Position numbers and translations under genes: made by a program. Below, piece by piece: positions 11,501 to 25,796 of a stretch of 64,000 nt of DNA (position 1 is the stretch's first letter; each line of letters opens with the position of its first letter). Location of the stretch: assembly GCA_973895155.1 (NCBI GenBank), contig OZ316896.1, forward strand, positions 9,197,539 through 9,261,538, read 5' to 3'. Below the pieces are notes generated by a model. The model was not told the origin of the DNA and made no database searches. It worked only from the letters and a program-made list of their open reading frames with translations. This stretch comes from Marsupella aquatica. Lineage: Eukaryota; Plantae; Marchantiophyta.

Positions 11501-13404
11501 TAACAACATTCTGGGGGTCTTTTTAATCAAAATCTTAGAATATTCCAACTTAATACGTGTTTCAAAATAATTCATTTCTTACATTTTAGGGGTTCCGAGG
11601 CCTAAAAATGTTGCATGTGATAGGGAGCAAGGTCTCTATAATTATAGTGAGACCCCGAAGTTGTCAACCCAGTGTCCACCCTGCCAAATCAGCTTTTCTT
11701 GCACTAGATGGAAGAATAAGAATAGCATCCTTAGTCAGAGGAATAGTTATTGGCCTCCAACTTTGCAGATGCCCAAAATGTTGCCTCTTTACCCAAAAGT
11801 ACTGCCCAAAAGGGTGCACAAGGAAAACAATCCTACTTGCTGCCTACACAAAATAGAAGACAAAAGCCATTCACAAAATAATGTAATGGATTTTGAATCA
11901 ATTTCACTCTCGGAAATTAAAGGTGGAAATATTCTCTGATTTGCAAGTGCATTATTTGGCTACTAAAATTTTAAAAATCTGAAACTGAAGCCAGGGTGTT
12001 GGACACAATGCTCCCAAGACATGGATTACAGTTTAATGGTTTGTGGTCCATAACTTGATGACTATGAGTCATAAACTAATTTCATAGTTCTGCATCTGCA
12101 AGGCAACCAGAGAAGGAGGAAAGGCAAAAAAAACCAGGAGCTCAAAGATTTCATGTTCACATAATGAAAAATAATATAATTAAATAATTTACCCCTCCAC
12201 ATTTCATGATGAAAAACTCAGTCAAAAGGGTTATATTCAGACAAATGGTTATTCCAGAACCTTAATGCGGCCTTTTGTGATGTTTTGTTTTTGTTGTTTT
12301 CAGGGCATTCTTGGAGAAGAATGCACACTCCCTAAAATGGTGGCTCATTATGAAAGTCTCCTAGACTATTACTAAAAATATATAAAATACAATAAAATCT
12401 TAGTCTTTAGGTGTTTTTAGGTCCTGTTCCCAATTGAGAGCATTATGGGCAACTCCCTCTAAACAGGCCTTTACTATCTACAAACAGACCCTTGGAGCCC
12501 CAGTAACCTAACAGAGCAATCATGGTCCAATCTTACTGTAACTAACTACTTACCTACCTTTTGCAGTTAACCGTTATTGTCTTTTGAATGTCCAAAACAT
12601 CTAATTGAAAGTTCTTTTTGGTCTTGTTTAGGTTCGGGAGCAAAAAGTAATCCTGAATTTTAGAAACTGGAGATTCTCCACATTGTCACTCTTCTTAGTT
12701 GAAATATATGCTTTGTCATTGCTTTAGTTTCAATTATTAATTGTTGGTTTCCAAGTGCTGGTTAAGCAAGGTAACTTTTGTTAACTTGAAACCATCTGAT
12801 GGTCAACATCTGTCCAGTTTCCCCCATCAGGTGGTAAATCCTTTTCTCTACCCTAACCGCAACACACTTTCCAACCATGGAGATTGAGTTGGGTCTCTTA
12901 CTTGCTCCTGCCCCAACTCACTTCGCACATCCCAGGCCTGGTTGACTGTCCCACAGTCATCCCCAATCCCCTTGGTCAAGCACTGGGCCAGGATGTTGAG
13001 ATTAAATTGAGTATGATCCAATGGTGGAAACTGGCAGGATCATTCCAAAATTACTCTAGGTAGTTTCCTTAACAGGTTGAAAAAGGTGGCAACTTTGGTG
13101 ATTGAACTTAAAAGAATGGCAAAATATATAACCATTTTTACTAGTATCCTTAAGTTGCCCAAAAACTAATATAATTGTCAGGTTGCCATCCATTTTTTAC
13201 ATGAGTTGGCCATACTTATCCAAGATGGCATGCAAAGGGTTTGCAGCTTGTGATCACCACATAATGATAACATATAAATGGGGCTCTCACTTATTAAATT
13301 GGCTTTGTTGTTAGGTTAAATTAGCTTTGTCGTTAGGTTGGGAATTTTGACGGGTTTTTGTTGGGCCTGAAAGTAGACCCATCCAATCACATCAGGATAG
13401 ACTT

Positions 13405-13948
13405 TCTACTTTGGAGAGTGCACCAGTGTAGGGTAGCCCTCAAGGGGTGACGATCCGCAAGGATCCAGTAGGGACCGGTACCAGGAAGGAGAGAGGGTTG
13501 GACCAGGGCCGTTCTACTTTAGAGTATGCACCAGTGTAAGGGCCCCCCAATGCAAGGGGGCACAATACCCAGGGATTCAACAGGGACCATACCAGGAAGG
13601 AGAGTCAAAGGGTTGGACCAGGACCACAAAGCAGCCAGCTAGAGGCTAAGAAGAACCCAGTACTCCCAGCACTAGCTACACCCCATCCACACAAACACAC
13701 ACATACCCGCCCCCTTGTGCCTGTGGGACAATACCCAAGGATCCAACTGGGATCTGTACCAGGAAGGAGAGAGGGTTGGATCAGGACCACAAAGTGGCCA
13801 ATCAGAGGCCGAGGAGAAACCAGTACTGCCACACTACACCCCACCCACACAAACACACAGATACTCACTCACCCCTTGTGTGTGGAGGGGGACTTGAACC
13901 TAGGACATCTTGCTTCTAGGCTAATCCCTAGCCAACTGGCCAAAGCCA
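13405..13948 (-). mobile_element. tRNA-derived SINE-like element with a triplicated body segment
   Basis: Minus-strand Pol III A box TGGCCAGTTGG (13942-13932) and B box GGTTCAAGTCC (13900-13890). Segment taccaggaaggagag..gggttgga.cagg is repeated at ~13480, ~13590 and ~13757. A related copy lies at 37.8 kb. Confidence 0.72.
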
Positions 13949-15268
13949 GTAATTGAGACGATTCTTTGTGGACCCCCATCATGGGAAGCTCTTTCCTGGA
14001 AGCTCCTGTAGTCAGGTCACCATTATTGCAGGTCAGCATTATTGATCCACAAGAAGGACTAGTTATTCAATCAGAAACATAGCTGACTATTTGTCCTTGA
14101 CCCAATGCAAAGAAAACCACATAGATCCAGTAACTGTAAAAACAACAAAAATTTGAAAAATAACATTTCAATAAACAAAGAAAGGGTAAAAGAAAATATC
14201 CTTAGAAGTAAAAGAACATTTGTATAAGATGTGCTGTGGTTGGCATGTCAATGTTTTCTGGTAAATTGTTCCCATTTTTTTGGATAGGTTGTGGTTGATA
14301 TGTCCATGTTTTCTTTTTCTGGTAAATTGTTACAATTTTTTTAACTCAATGGCCTGCTGACTAATTGAGCTAGCCCAATTACCCATATGAAGGAAAACAA
14401 CCTTGCATAGTAAAATTACTATACTATTTCAGTTCATCCTTGTTTTATGGTCCACCCTCATTTCACTTTTTGTTTATCCTCACTAGCCCCGACTACCCCT
14501 TCTTTGAACTTGAATTGCAGAGATGTGTCACCAAAGTATATTTCCTCTTCACATTCTTTGAATGTTAATGAAATGATAAAGAATTATCATGCATATCATC
14601 ATTTTAACAGTCATACATCACATACCATTCTCCTTTCTTTATACATTCTTCTTTCTATGCACATATGTTATGGTGGGGCCATAGAGTACCTTTTTTGAAT
14701 GTAAATAGAAATCATAACAAAAAGCACGCATAATATTTATCATTTGACATTCATCATAGTCATAAATTTTCCCATTCACATGGTAGGCCATGGAGTGACT
14801 ATCTAGAGGCATCACTCTAGAAGCCTAGCCCCTAACTCTAACTTATAGTGACGCCTTTATAAGTGAGACTAGTCCCCACTGTAGCTTGTAGTTGCCCCCT
14901 TTATAAGTAAGATTTAGAGGTTTTTTTTATTGACATTCTTTTAAGAGCCTAGGCCCTTAAAGTAGATAAAGTAGAGTTCGATTTTATAGGAAGATTCGCA
15001 GAAAGTGGATGAATCCATAGAGTGGCCTTTTCAACCACCATCAGAGACGTGAGAAATCCGATTTCCTCTGCCATCAATTTGTCGAGAGACAGATTATTCT
15101 CGCGTCCGGGAGTTTGTGCAATTATGTTTTTTCGTCCAATTCGGTCCGGTCCGATCGAATTCTCAGCTAGAAATCGATTGTCCACTGCCATCGATTTGTC
15201 TGTGGAGAGCAACGGAGAGTTTGATTTCGCACTCGTCGGCTGCCGGAGTGTGAGTGTGCAGAGATTGG

Positions 15269-18200
15269 ATGAATAGGTTTGGTGACATTGACGAGACTAG
15301 AAACATGGAGGAGGAGGAGGAGGACGACGATGACGAAGAGGAGGACGAGAACGAGGAACGCGTGTTGGCTAAGATTATGCTGCATTCGCCCCCTGGCTCT
15401 GATCCGCAGAAGATGAATCTGCCGGGATTCAGCCAAACCTGCAGGTAGCTGCTCTCTCCTCTCTTCTCCTCTCCTCTCCTCTCGTCTCTCCATTTGCTTT
15501 TTCTGCTTGGACAGTTTCCTGTGTGATCTGTGTGAAACAATTTTGAAGCTCGTTTCTGTGCGGATTGTGTGTTGTTTGACGAGAGAGTGATTTGTCCGAG
15601 CTTTTGAGCAGAGTACTGTGCAGTTGGACGTAATTGTTTTTTTCCCTGCTCTTCGAGCTGAGTAAAGCCCTCACTGACTGCGAAGGCTTTTGCTCTCATT
15701 GCAGTGCCGTTGCGTGGTGCGCAAAGTCGAATATCATAGCATGTGCAACCGAGATTTGTGCACGAGAGCCGGGGTAACATTTAAGGCTGGCTGATGCCTC
15801 CCCTGTGATTTCGTATGCGTTCCATGTCTTTAGTTTAAAAATCTGCCTCCAATCACATTTTGTTGTTTTGATACTTCTGGGAGAACCTGGGCGTTGGTGT
15901 TGGCTGCCTGCAGTTCATGAGAGGAGGCATAATTGACACAACCTCCAGAGAGAATGAACGAAATTATGTTCTACAATTATTGAGCCATCTAATAGTCCGT
16001 GTGTGCAACAGATTGTGTGTATTTTGCTTTAACTAAGCGTGCTTGTCTTTGCGTTACCAGCTTCGGCCAGCAACCGGCATTCTGGATTCCAGTTCACGTA
16101 TTCGATCCAGAACGCCCTTCTGAACATGCCATATTTAACGTGACCGCAGGTCTGTCATCGTCCTTGCTCAGGACCTCGAAAGGGGTTGTCTTGTTTTGTC
16201 TATGTCAGGGTAGTTGAAGGAAAGAGAACCTTAAGACTCAGTTCAGGAAGTTTGTGGCCAAGTACCTGAGAATAAGTCTAGAATTAAAACGGGTTTGGTA
16301 CGGGGGATTGGGGGATTGTAAGGGGCTTAAGTAGTATCTCATTTCTCTGAGCTATATAATTATGTATAAACCCTTGAAAGTTCTGTTGACCTGAGAACCG
16401 GGAATGTATCCAGATCCTCTTCGAAATGGCATTTTCGCAACAATTCTTGCACAAAATACAAAAGAGGAAACTTTTGAGACATTCTAGAGGTTAGGACCTT
16501 TAGGTATCACTCTAATTCTCAGTTTTGCCTGCCGTAATTGACACATGTATCAACTCGCGTACGTCAAATGTTAATGTGGCCAAGAACAATGAGCTCCTGA
16601 AGAAACTGAGCTGACTGTGTAGGAGATCGGTAGTTTATTATTCTTGGTATTCCTCTAGATGTTACTGAGCAGCACTAGGATAATTGCGAGATCCTTAATG
16701 CATTCGTTGTGCAGAAACGCCTAATGACGAGGTGGAGTTCCTGGAGTGGTCCCCTGTTTCCTGCTCACAGGCTTTGCTAGTTGGTAACTCCTGTGGCCGA
16801 GTTACCGTCTGGTCTCAACCCACACAAGTAAGCATCTGAGCATGTTGGCGCAGACACAATTGGTTTCAATCATCGGAGGAGCCTATTAATATATAATTTT
16901 TCAGTAGCTTCTATTTGCATAGTATGACTATTTGCATTTCAATTAGGGATCTGCCAACGTCGCACATACCATCAATTGCTGGAGCTGTGAGCACGAGTGG
17001 CGACAAGAACAGGCAGTGATGATTAAATGGGTGGCAGGTCTCCCTCCTGTACGTTTCCCGGGCTCTATTTGACTCTCCTCTAAGCATCAGTGTTTCTTTC
17101 TGCTGCCACACCCTTCCATGATCTCGAACATGAACTGGTGCTTAACCTTTTCATTTACAAAAGCTGTAAAATTTTGCTGTTATCTGTCCGGTCTGTGACA
17201 TACCACCACATGAGACTGTAGTCTCTTCAGTTGTGCTCTTGTGGCCTTGCGAGGTACTTACGAGTATGTAAACAACGAGCTGCATTCTGGCACGGCAGAG
17301 CTGTTGAAGGATTTTGATTTTGGACACGACATTACGTGAATTCAGTCCTAATCTCCTCTCGTTTTGGCGCTTGGTGAATTATTCAGTACCGCTTTTCATC
17401 AACGCCTCCAATGTCAGCTCCAAGTTCGAAGCCTTTGGAGGAAAGGTTTCTTGCTCATATTCCTCGCTCTTCAGGTAGCTCATGTGGAGTTCGCGCTTAT
17501 GTTCATTGCAGCGGGTGAATCTGTCAGTACTAGAAGTATGGTTAGGTAACTGGGTTGGCTGGTTACGGTTTCCTTCTCTCAGTGGTTGCCTCAAATTTTA
17601 TCTTTTCATTATGGTTGACCCTAAGAAGTTGCATACTTTACTTTGTGTTCATGAAAGTGAAATTCAGCACAACTATATCTAAAACTCTACGTGCTTTATG
17701 TGGCAGTTCGATGGCCCAATTTCTTGTGTATCTGCTCAATAACTTTCTCTGGTTCAGTGCAACTGCACTGGCGTCAATGGCCCTCAGCTCAGACAGGCAG
17801 TTCTCCAAAATGGTTTTCCACAAGTAAGGCTGTTTTGGGAGCTGGACCCAGTGGCCTATTTGCTTCGGATACCATAATATCTGACACTGGCAGTTTGCTT
17901 GTCGCTGGAACTCCCGTTGGTACCAATTCAACAGTGATTGTGTGGGAGGTTAGTCCAGGGGCTGCGAATCATTCGGGTGGGAGTCAACAACCTCTCAAGT
18001 ATGGCATGCCAGTTCAAGCACTTGGTACTCCTCCGCGGTCAGGAGTTGCGCCACTGGCAGCACACTTGCTGAGCTGGCAGGAGCACTCAATTACAGACAC
18101 CAAACCTGCACAATGGGCTGGACAATTGCATGTGGAGGATGAAGAGAAACTTGGACCCTTGCTCCATTGCTCTCCAATATCAAACTTATCAGCATATGTG

Positions 18201-21200
18201 GCTCCTGATGCATCAACCTTATCAACTTGGGGTTCAGGAGTTGCTGAGATTGCTTTCGATCCATCACGCGGAGGTTCTGTTTTGATGACACTGATCTGCG
18301 AAGGTAGGACATCTGCCACGGTACAGACTTCTGTCCAACGTTCTGCTATTGGACGATTGCCAGTACAACGAGGATTCTGGGAGATAAGCCATCCCTTTCT
18401 ATCTGAGGGAAGATCATCACTATTTTAAGAAACTTCAATTGGCTGAAAAACCCATTTTCTCTATTTTCTGTTGGTGAGGGGGTCGCGGGGAGCTAAATCC
18501 ATCTTTCGTTTTTTGCCTAACGTAGTGTCATTCATGAAAAAAAGCTTTTTCTGCACATTTGTCTCCTGTGGATTCGACCTTACGTATTGATTTCGAAGAT
18601 ATTCTTAGTACTCTAGCCTTCGTTATTGAAGATGTCCCGGAATCCTAATTAGCTCTGTTTGTGTTGTTCGACTATCAAGCTTTTCTTCAGCAAATTATTT
18701 TGCTCACCGTAATTTGTTGGCTGAAACAGAACAATTTTGACCTGTGTACCTTTTTGTGCCAGGTTATTTTATATCTCCGGAGTGCCCGGACGACGGACCC
18801 TGTCTTACAGGGAGGAGATTTCAAAGGTGGGAAAGTTCTCAAAAAGCAGTGGCTGTACATCCAATATTTGATGGGAATGGAGCTTATCCTGCTTCTGCCC
18901 CTGCAACCATTACATCTTGGACTGCTGTCTCCAGCAAAAACCTCATCCAGAAGAGCAATGCTTCGAGGCAACAGACGAGCGGCATGACCACAGAATTTCT
19001 TGCCTGGAAGAAGTTTAGTCCACTTCATCGACCTAACAATCCTAGATGTCTTGCAAAGATTATATTCTCGGCAATAGGAGACTTTGCCATATCTCTTGCA
19101 ACGTGTGAAGTCTATGTGTTCCGAGCATGTTCCATGACGCCTACCGAGAGCTTTTTGGTTCGTACTGGATTAAATTACCCGCCCGGTGTTGCTTTCTCGC
19201 CTACGAGCTGCTGTGTAGCATTAGGGTGGCACCACAAGAAGGAAGATTGTAGCCTACTCAAGATTGCATGCGTGGAGCCTTGTAGCTCAGCTGCCTCTCA
19301 AGGAAGTATGGGTGGCTCTTTAACATGGGAGCGCCATTTAGCAGATAGGTAAAACTTTCAAGCATTTGATGATAAACAAGTCGATCTGCTGCTTTTCTGT
19401 GCTCCTGATATTTCGAATCTGACACTGGACGACCTTCGTTTTTCCAGATTCTGGTGGAGCCTCGTGAATGAATTGGACTGGTGGGATATCATTGCTTGCA
19501 CTCAATATGCTGTTGAAGACGGTATTGGTATGATTCTCTCATGACCGTGCGTCTTCTCAGGTCATGTTGCACATTACAGCAAATGATCGAATGTGGTATA
19601 ATTCTGTCTTTCACGGAGTTTAGAAAATTACCATAGGTCAATGATCTTGGAACTTCATGGCAACACTGGTTGGTTCACAACTCTGTAAGTTGTGCTGACT
19701 CAGACTCTAATGACCTCTGTTTTTGCAAACAAAGGAGCTATGTTACTTGTTGATGTTAAGAGTTACTCCCTCCAATTGAGGTCTTACACTTGTTCCTTTT
19801 TAACTAAAGTTTCCTTCACATAGCGCTGACTTTATCTAGCCTTACTGAAATTTAAAAGGCATTGAGAAATCTATATCTCTGTGGAGGCTACCTTCTCACG
19901 GAGGAAATGTCTGTTCTGCGCAGTGACAGTTGCCAAGGTGGCAGCAGTGTTGGATGCGGACTTTCATGCTCTTCCCCATCCTTCGCACCGGCAGCATTAC
20001 AGCAAGGTAGGAGAACCGTACGTCCTCCTTGTTACTCAAAGAAAATAGATCATTCGTCCTAGAAATTGAAACAACCAAAATTTACTTTGAAAGGAATGGC
20101 AGTGCTGGAAGGGAGATACCCATCAAGAGCCTATAGTTTATCTTCGCCCCTGTGAGAAGTCTTGAGAATGTGAAGAACTATTTGCAATCAACTCCTGTGA
20201 CGCGGGAGTCCTCAACATTTCATTTGTGCGTAAGGATGTACAAAGCAAACAAGAAATGGCCTTTCAATTTTTCTTGGAAAGTCAGGATGTTTCTGTTTTC
20301 CAGCTTTTCGTTTCTTTGTCCAGGAGCAGGCAGTTCGGATACATTATGTCTAAGAGGCATCTGAAGCGTGTAGCGAGCTCCTTTTTGTGTGGGACTCTTT
20401 TGTGCATTACGTACTTCAGTCCTACAGCTACCAAAAAGATGTCCTGATGAATCCTAAAATCAAGGCTTTTATTGGTCCTTTCTTATTCATATATTTAGTT
20501 AAAGAGGGCTGAGTTGATATTTGATGTTTCTATTGGTATCGTACAGGCGTTGGACAAATTGAAATGCCGAATGCTCGAGGGAACAGATGCTGCCGATATC
20601 AGGGCTCTAGTATTAGACATGCAAGCAAGACTTCTTCTTGACATGTTAGGAAAGGGAGTAGAGGCCGCGCTGACAAATCCTGCCACTCTTGTTGCGGAGC
20701 CCTGGCTGGCCTCTAGTGAGACGTTACAAGCACTTGGAGCTGATGCAATGGCTGTTGGTCCCGCACTTGTGCCGTCGATTCAGGTGTGGATAATCAATCT
20801 TCTACGACTTGGACAATCATATGCCTCTGTAACCCTTCTGTTTTAATGTTCTAGCCGGCAACTCATAGGGTTTTTAACTCTCTTCATAGAGAATCAATGG
20901 CCAGTGTTAATGGTATGATCATATTGCCATGTGTACGTAGTGATCTAACATCTGTGGATCTCTAATGCTAATAATCATCTAATCTTGGTGTTGTGAAGGC
21001 CTATGTTGACTCTATTCTAGACCTTGCATCACATTTCTTGACTCGGCTCAGACGCTATGCCAGCTTCTGCCGAACATTAGCTACTCATTCTGTTGCCAAT
21101 TCCTCGGGTGATAAATTTAGTCGACCTGGTGCAAATTTAAGCAATGGGGGGACTATACATGCCGGACAAGGTCAGTGTTAAAAATTAATGCAAGCACTAT

Positions 21201-23376
21201 AGCGATAGCTCACAGAAAGTCTGAAAATTGCTCTACTTGGTTCCTGGACCTTCTCAATTAGCCCATCTCTGTTCCATTTCAATCAGGAGGGTGTCGTTCG
21301 GGTATGCATATGAGTTCAAGTGTCTTCTCTCACAAATGCTCGCTTTGCATACGACTTGAATTTCAGGGTCAGCAACTCAGCCAATTTCAGGCAGTAACGC
21401 AGGAACCGCTCCTGGGGTGAATGCATTTTTCCAATCAGCAATTGCAGTAGCTAAAGGCAATAGCAGTGCTGAAGGAGCGACTTCTAATACACTAGGCTCT
21501 GGAACTGCACAATCTGCTCCCTTGCCCCTAACTGTAAGCACTGCAACATTCCCTGGAATACCAGCTGTAAGGCTCGTCGGAGACCCTCAATTTCTTCACA
21601 GGCTCTGCCAACTACTTTTCTTTTGCCTCATTTTCCGTAAAAGACAGGTTCCACGATTTGGCCCTGGGCCTAGAATAGCACCAGACTCTACCGGAGCAGC
21701 AGGAAAAGTTGTTGGTGGTGTTGCTCCTAAGACTGAAGATACTAGTGCTACCAGTGGAGTCACAAGGTCTTCAAGTGGCGGCATTACCGTAAAGATTGAA
21801 GATGGCGCACGGGCTGCCGCTACTAGTAAGTCTGAGGAAAATCCTCGATCTGTTCGTGTTGGAAATGGAAATGCTGGTCAAGGATACACACCAGACGAGG
21901 TAACTGAAGGCTTTCATCGCTCACCTTATCCAATCCTGGTTTCTAATTCATTTCAATTCTGAGTATGTCCGGGTATGCGTTTTAGAAGCTCAGCGTAGAG
22001 ATCTTTCCTTGGCAGTGCAAATATCCAGGTGTCTTAGCCGGTCTTGTACGGAGATAAGCTCTTTTACCGCAATGAAACGAGTATCATGTTTGATGTTGTT
22101 GCTGCCTTTCGCGTAATGTAAGTGAGTGATGTGTCTCATTCGCCTGACGGTCGTTCTCAAAGCACGAAATACATATCTTGAAATATGCAGGTGAAGTTCC
22201 TTTTCCTGGTGCTCGTTGATCTTTGCAAGAGAACTTCAATACACCCACATCCAATGCCAAAGTCGCAAGTTGGAATCACCCAGCCTATCATGAGACTGCA
22301 CTATGCTGACGGTCAATACACTGTGACACCAGAAGTCGTGGAGCAATCACTTTCACCTCACATGCAGGTGTGTTGTATTGTTCCTAGTTTGCCTCCCAGT
22401 GCCTTCCAGACGTTTCTTATTAGAGCGACACGGCGTAAGCCATTATGTCCAACTTGGCCTTGTTATTTTTCTGGAGCAGAGGAGGTCAAGAAAGACATGT
22501 TAGTGTGTTTGGCCTAATTAGTGATACGCCAACCAAATAGTTCCGATTTCTTTGCAGAATTGTCTAGGCCGTCATGAAAAGACAACCATATATTTGTGGG
22601 ATTGCAGCCAGATTAGATGCTAAAGATCATTCGTTGTTTTGTCTTAGCCACAATTACCACGTCCACGTGGAGCTGATGCTGCTGGACTGTTAATGAGAGA
22701 ATTGGAACTTCACCCACCAGCAGAGGAGTGGAATCGACGGGTTGTCTACCTGGGTCCTTGGAACAATTCTCGTCGTGACCTAGGAAGTGTGGAAGAGGAA
22801 GATCAAACTCCCTTTGGGCTTTGGCCCAGGAAGCGTAGATATGCTGAGCGGGATGCCGCTCTTGGATTGAGAACGGCCATTGGCCTTGGGAGCTTCTCCG
22901 GGTTCATGGGTTCTCGTCGGGATGTTGTCACAGGAGCGTGGACGGTTGCTCATCATGCAATTTGGCATAAGGTATTTTTCCATCAAATCTCATCAAATCT
23001 CTCCTGGAGCTTCGTGTTTACCGATTCCAGATAGACTGTTCTTAGTTGATGAGTAGTCAACCTGGAATGTAAATGCACACAATCATAGAGCCTCATCTCT
23101 GGCGGTTCTTATAAAGATGAGCAGCAAACGTAGTTGTTATTCAGGTTCTCGAGGAAGTTTGGTGCTTGAGCATATTTCAGTCTGCAAAACACTCTTTTCT
23201 GAACCTTTCCTTCTGTTTAGTGTATGCGATGTGGGAGACAAACAGCCTCTCTTGCAGCTCCAACATTGGCCTCAGGGGGTTCAACTGCTCCAACTTCCGA
23301 TAAAGAGGCATGGTGGACAGGAAGGTGGGCATATGGTTGTCCCATGTGTGGCGGAAGGTGGGCACGGATGCTATAG
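15269..23376 (+). CDS. MED16: Mediator of RNA polymerase II transcription subunit 16 (SFR6 orthologue), 16 exons, 1193 aa
   Basis: Exons 15269-15444, 15705-15773, 16061-16149, 16715-16827, 16947-17048, 17387-17474, 17707-18303, 18763-19348, 19448-19527, 19924-20006, 20547-20783, 20999-21170, 21367-21899, 22191-22367, 22648-22971, 23221-23376. All are GT-AG, phases are consistent, total 3582 nt. Plant MED16 motifs: SAVAWC, FWIPVH..PERP, CEHEWRQ, RWPNFLC, RFWWSL..DWWD, LDMQARLLLDMLGKG, TRLRRYASFCRTLA, PRPRGADAAGLL.RELELHPP, and the C-terminal CxxC...CPMCGG.W. Confidence 0.97.
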
Positions 23377-25796
23377 CTATAGAAGTAAAGATCTTAGTTT
23401 AGGGTAGGAGAATCTCTCCCTTCTCAATTGTAATTTATTCATGATCGCCTTTCTTTGTAGATAAACTGTAAGAAATGACCCACGAAGGCTTGAGTACTAA
23501 TCAATACTCTTTTTTTTAGTAAATATCAATAGTCCGCTCCATTGTGGAAAGTGAAACACTCTTGTGACAGGGGCTCGTTCTGCTCGTTTGTTTCATCGCC
23601 TATACAGGTGCAGCGTGCAGCTATTTAAGACGTTTTGAGTAAGCAATGTAGGATATCGTTTAGTATAAACTTTGGCAAAATTTCAAAACGATTCATGAAA
23701 GGTTTTTAGTCAGAGTGCAAAAGCTTTTGCCTCCAAGGTTTTCATATGGTGGTTGGGACCAAAGGGATGAAATCCCGAAAAATGTCAGCACTACTGACCG
23801 ATCGGATGGCGCTTGCAGCTGTTTGCCATGTTGCCGATTCTGAGCCACATCACAAGATCATTCCACTATGAAAGCAATGAAATTCAATACCTAGCACGTC
23901 ACTGTCAGAAGTCTGAAATAGGTAACATGGTGAGGTAAGAAGAAGTTGCATTCTTCTTGGACAAGTAAAAGGAACACAAAGATTCCAGGCTTCGAAAAGC
24001 TCCAGGCACATGCTTGTGACAACAAAACAGTATGCAGGCCCTAAATGATTGAATCGCACATCTCAAACTCTTTGCCAATAACAGAGTGCGGGGACTAGGA
24101 GGCGAAACAAATTGTTCAATGGTAAAGGTTTCATTACTGCGAGTCCCGCACTGCCATTCTGAACACCAACAGAACATGTATCACGATTAGTTAGTTGGCC
24201 CGAGTACTGTTTTCCAGGTTGGAGTTAAATTTCAGTTTTAAGAACGAAAGAACCAATACCCACACGAATGCATCCATCAGCATGTTCTGAGAACGCATTT
24301 GGGCAGCAAATCACTTGAGCTTCAGCTCAAAATACAAGCAGGGAAAGTTACTGCAGTTATCAAAATTGACTCAGCAACGGTGATTACCTTGAAAAACATT
24401 AAGCATGATTGATGTGCCCCTCCCAGAACTCGATCGTTGACACTTTAGACAGTGAGAACAATTGCGGCGTGTACAACTTCTTCAGATTTGTAGCATACAG
24501 AATCTCAATTCTGTCAAAAGATCAGAAGGCCTATAAACTGGTATCCGGCATTGTCCAGAAATCTCCTACGTAGAAGCAGGTACCCCTGGAACCCTTTGAG
24601 GCTTTCTATTCAGGTAACGAATGACAGCATCCTCCACCCTGCACGATTCCGACCAAGATATAGATGTTACAACTCAAATGCAATCAACTGAGATACAACA
24701 CAGGAGAAAACGACCTAATTGTTGAACGGCAGTCTCATTCATTCACAAGGGAGAAATAGAAATGATGAGAGGTGTTTAATGTTTCTAAGGAAGCTAACAC
24801 ATGCTCTGATGCATTTTCTATTGCCTGTGCTCCTCGCTGGGTTAATGGTTGAAAAACTGTTGAAGCATTATGGATGTTGACGTACCCAAGCAGCACATAA
24901 ATAGCATCACAACAATCCAAAAGAATACTTGACTAGCTTAAATTACCGTCAGCTTAAAGTTCACACCATCCCTCTTAATTATCAAGATACAGTCTCACCT
25001 ATCAATCTAAGAAATCCAATGGCATGCACTTGGCTTGTGTCCATTGCGCGTTGTCATTGTGTCCTCTTTGAACCAATGATCAATCAAATTCATTTATTTT
25101 CTCATGTCAAGACAAAGTTGTCCAAAGTGTCAGATTTATTAGTTATTTCTTATTTTTTAATGGGGAAGTCCATGAAACCCCAAGGAAAGGGAGGCAACAG
25201 AAGTCACTTATATCATTTGAAATCCAAGACCTATGAGTCCCTACTCAAGTGAGCTACTGCACAGCCATGCATGCTTTGGTGTCCAATGTGTCAATTACTC
25301 TGGCACTCTCAACAATGTCCCTAACCCATCGTAACCATGCAAATTTGGATTGGCATCAATCTAAATGTCCATGGTAGCAGGCGGATCAAGGCTGATGCAA
25401 ATGCCGACATAAGCGACCATATGGTATGGATGGAGGAAATTTTGCTTTTCTGGTCCATTGACTTGTATATGTGATAGTGCTTCCCTAATAAAACATTCCA
25501 CACTGATTTGGGAGATGGATTCCAACCAGAGAAAAATGAATAGTTTCAGTACTGACATCCATCCCCCCTCTATATGAACCCATTGTGGACCAACTCAATT
25601 GTCTTGTGGTAGATACTAATGTCCCTCTCATCCTGTGATACCCTGGTACAAAGGTCCTTCCCCTAAGATCTAGGGAGCATTTACCCTAGTATCACTCTTT
25701 ACGGACCCCCATGAGAGGTCTCTTTCAAATTCCCTACCACGAGGTTGCGCCACATCACCACAACCAGCCACAAACAGGAATGATCCTACTTTTAAC

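Noticed and set aside
13888-13948. tRNA gene
   Set aside because: A and B boxes are present but I cannot build a convincing acceptor and anticodon stem, and it continues into a dispersed repeat body.
15163-15780. 205-aa antisense ORF over MED16 exon 1
   Set aside because: Poly-Ser mirrors the acidic E/D codons and the CT-rich intron; no independent coding signal.
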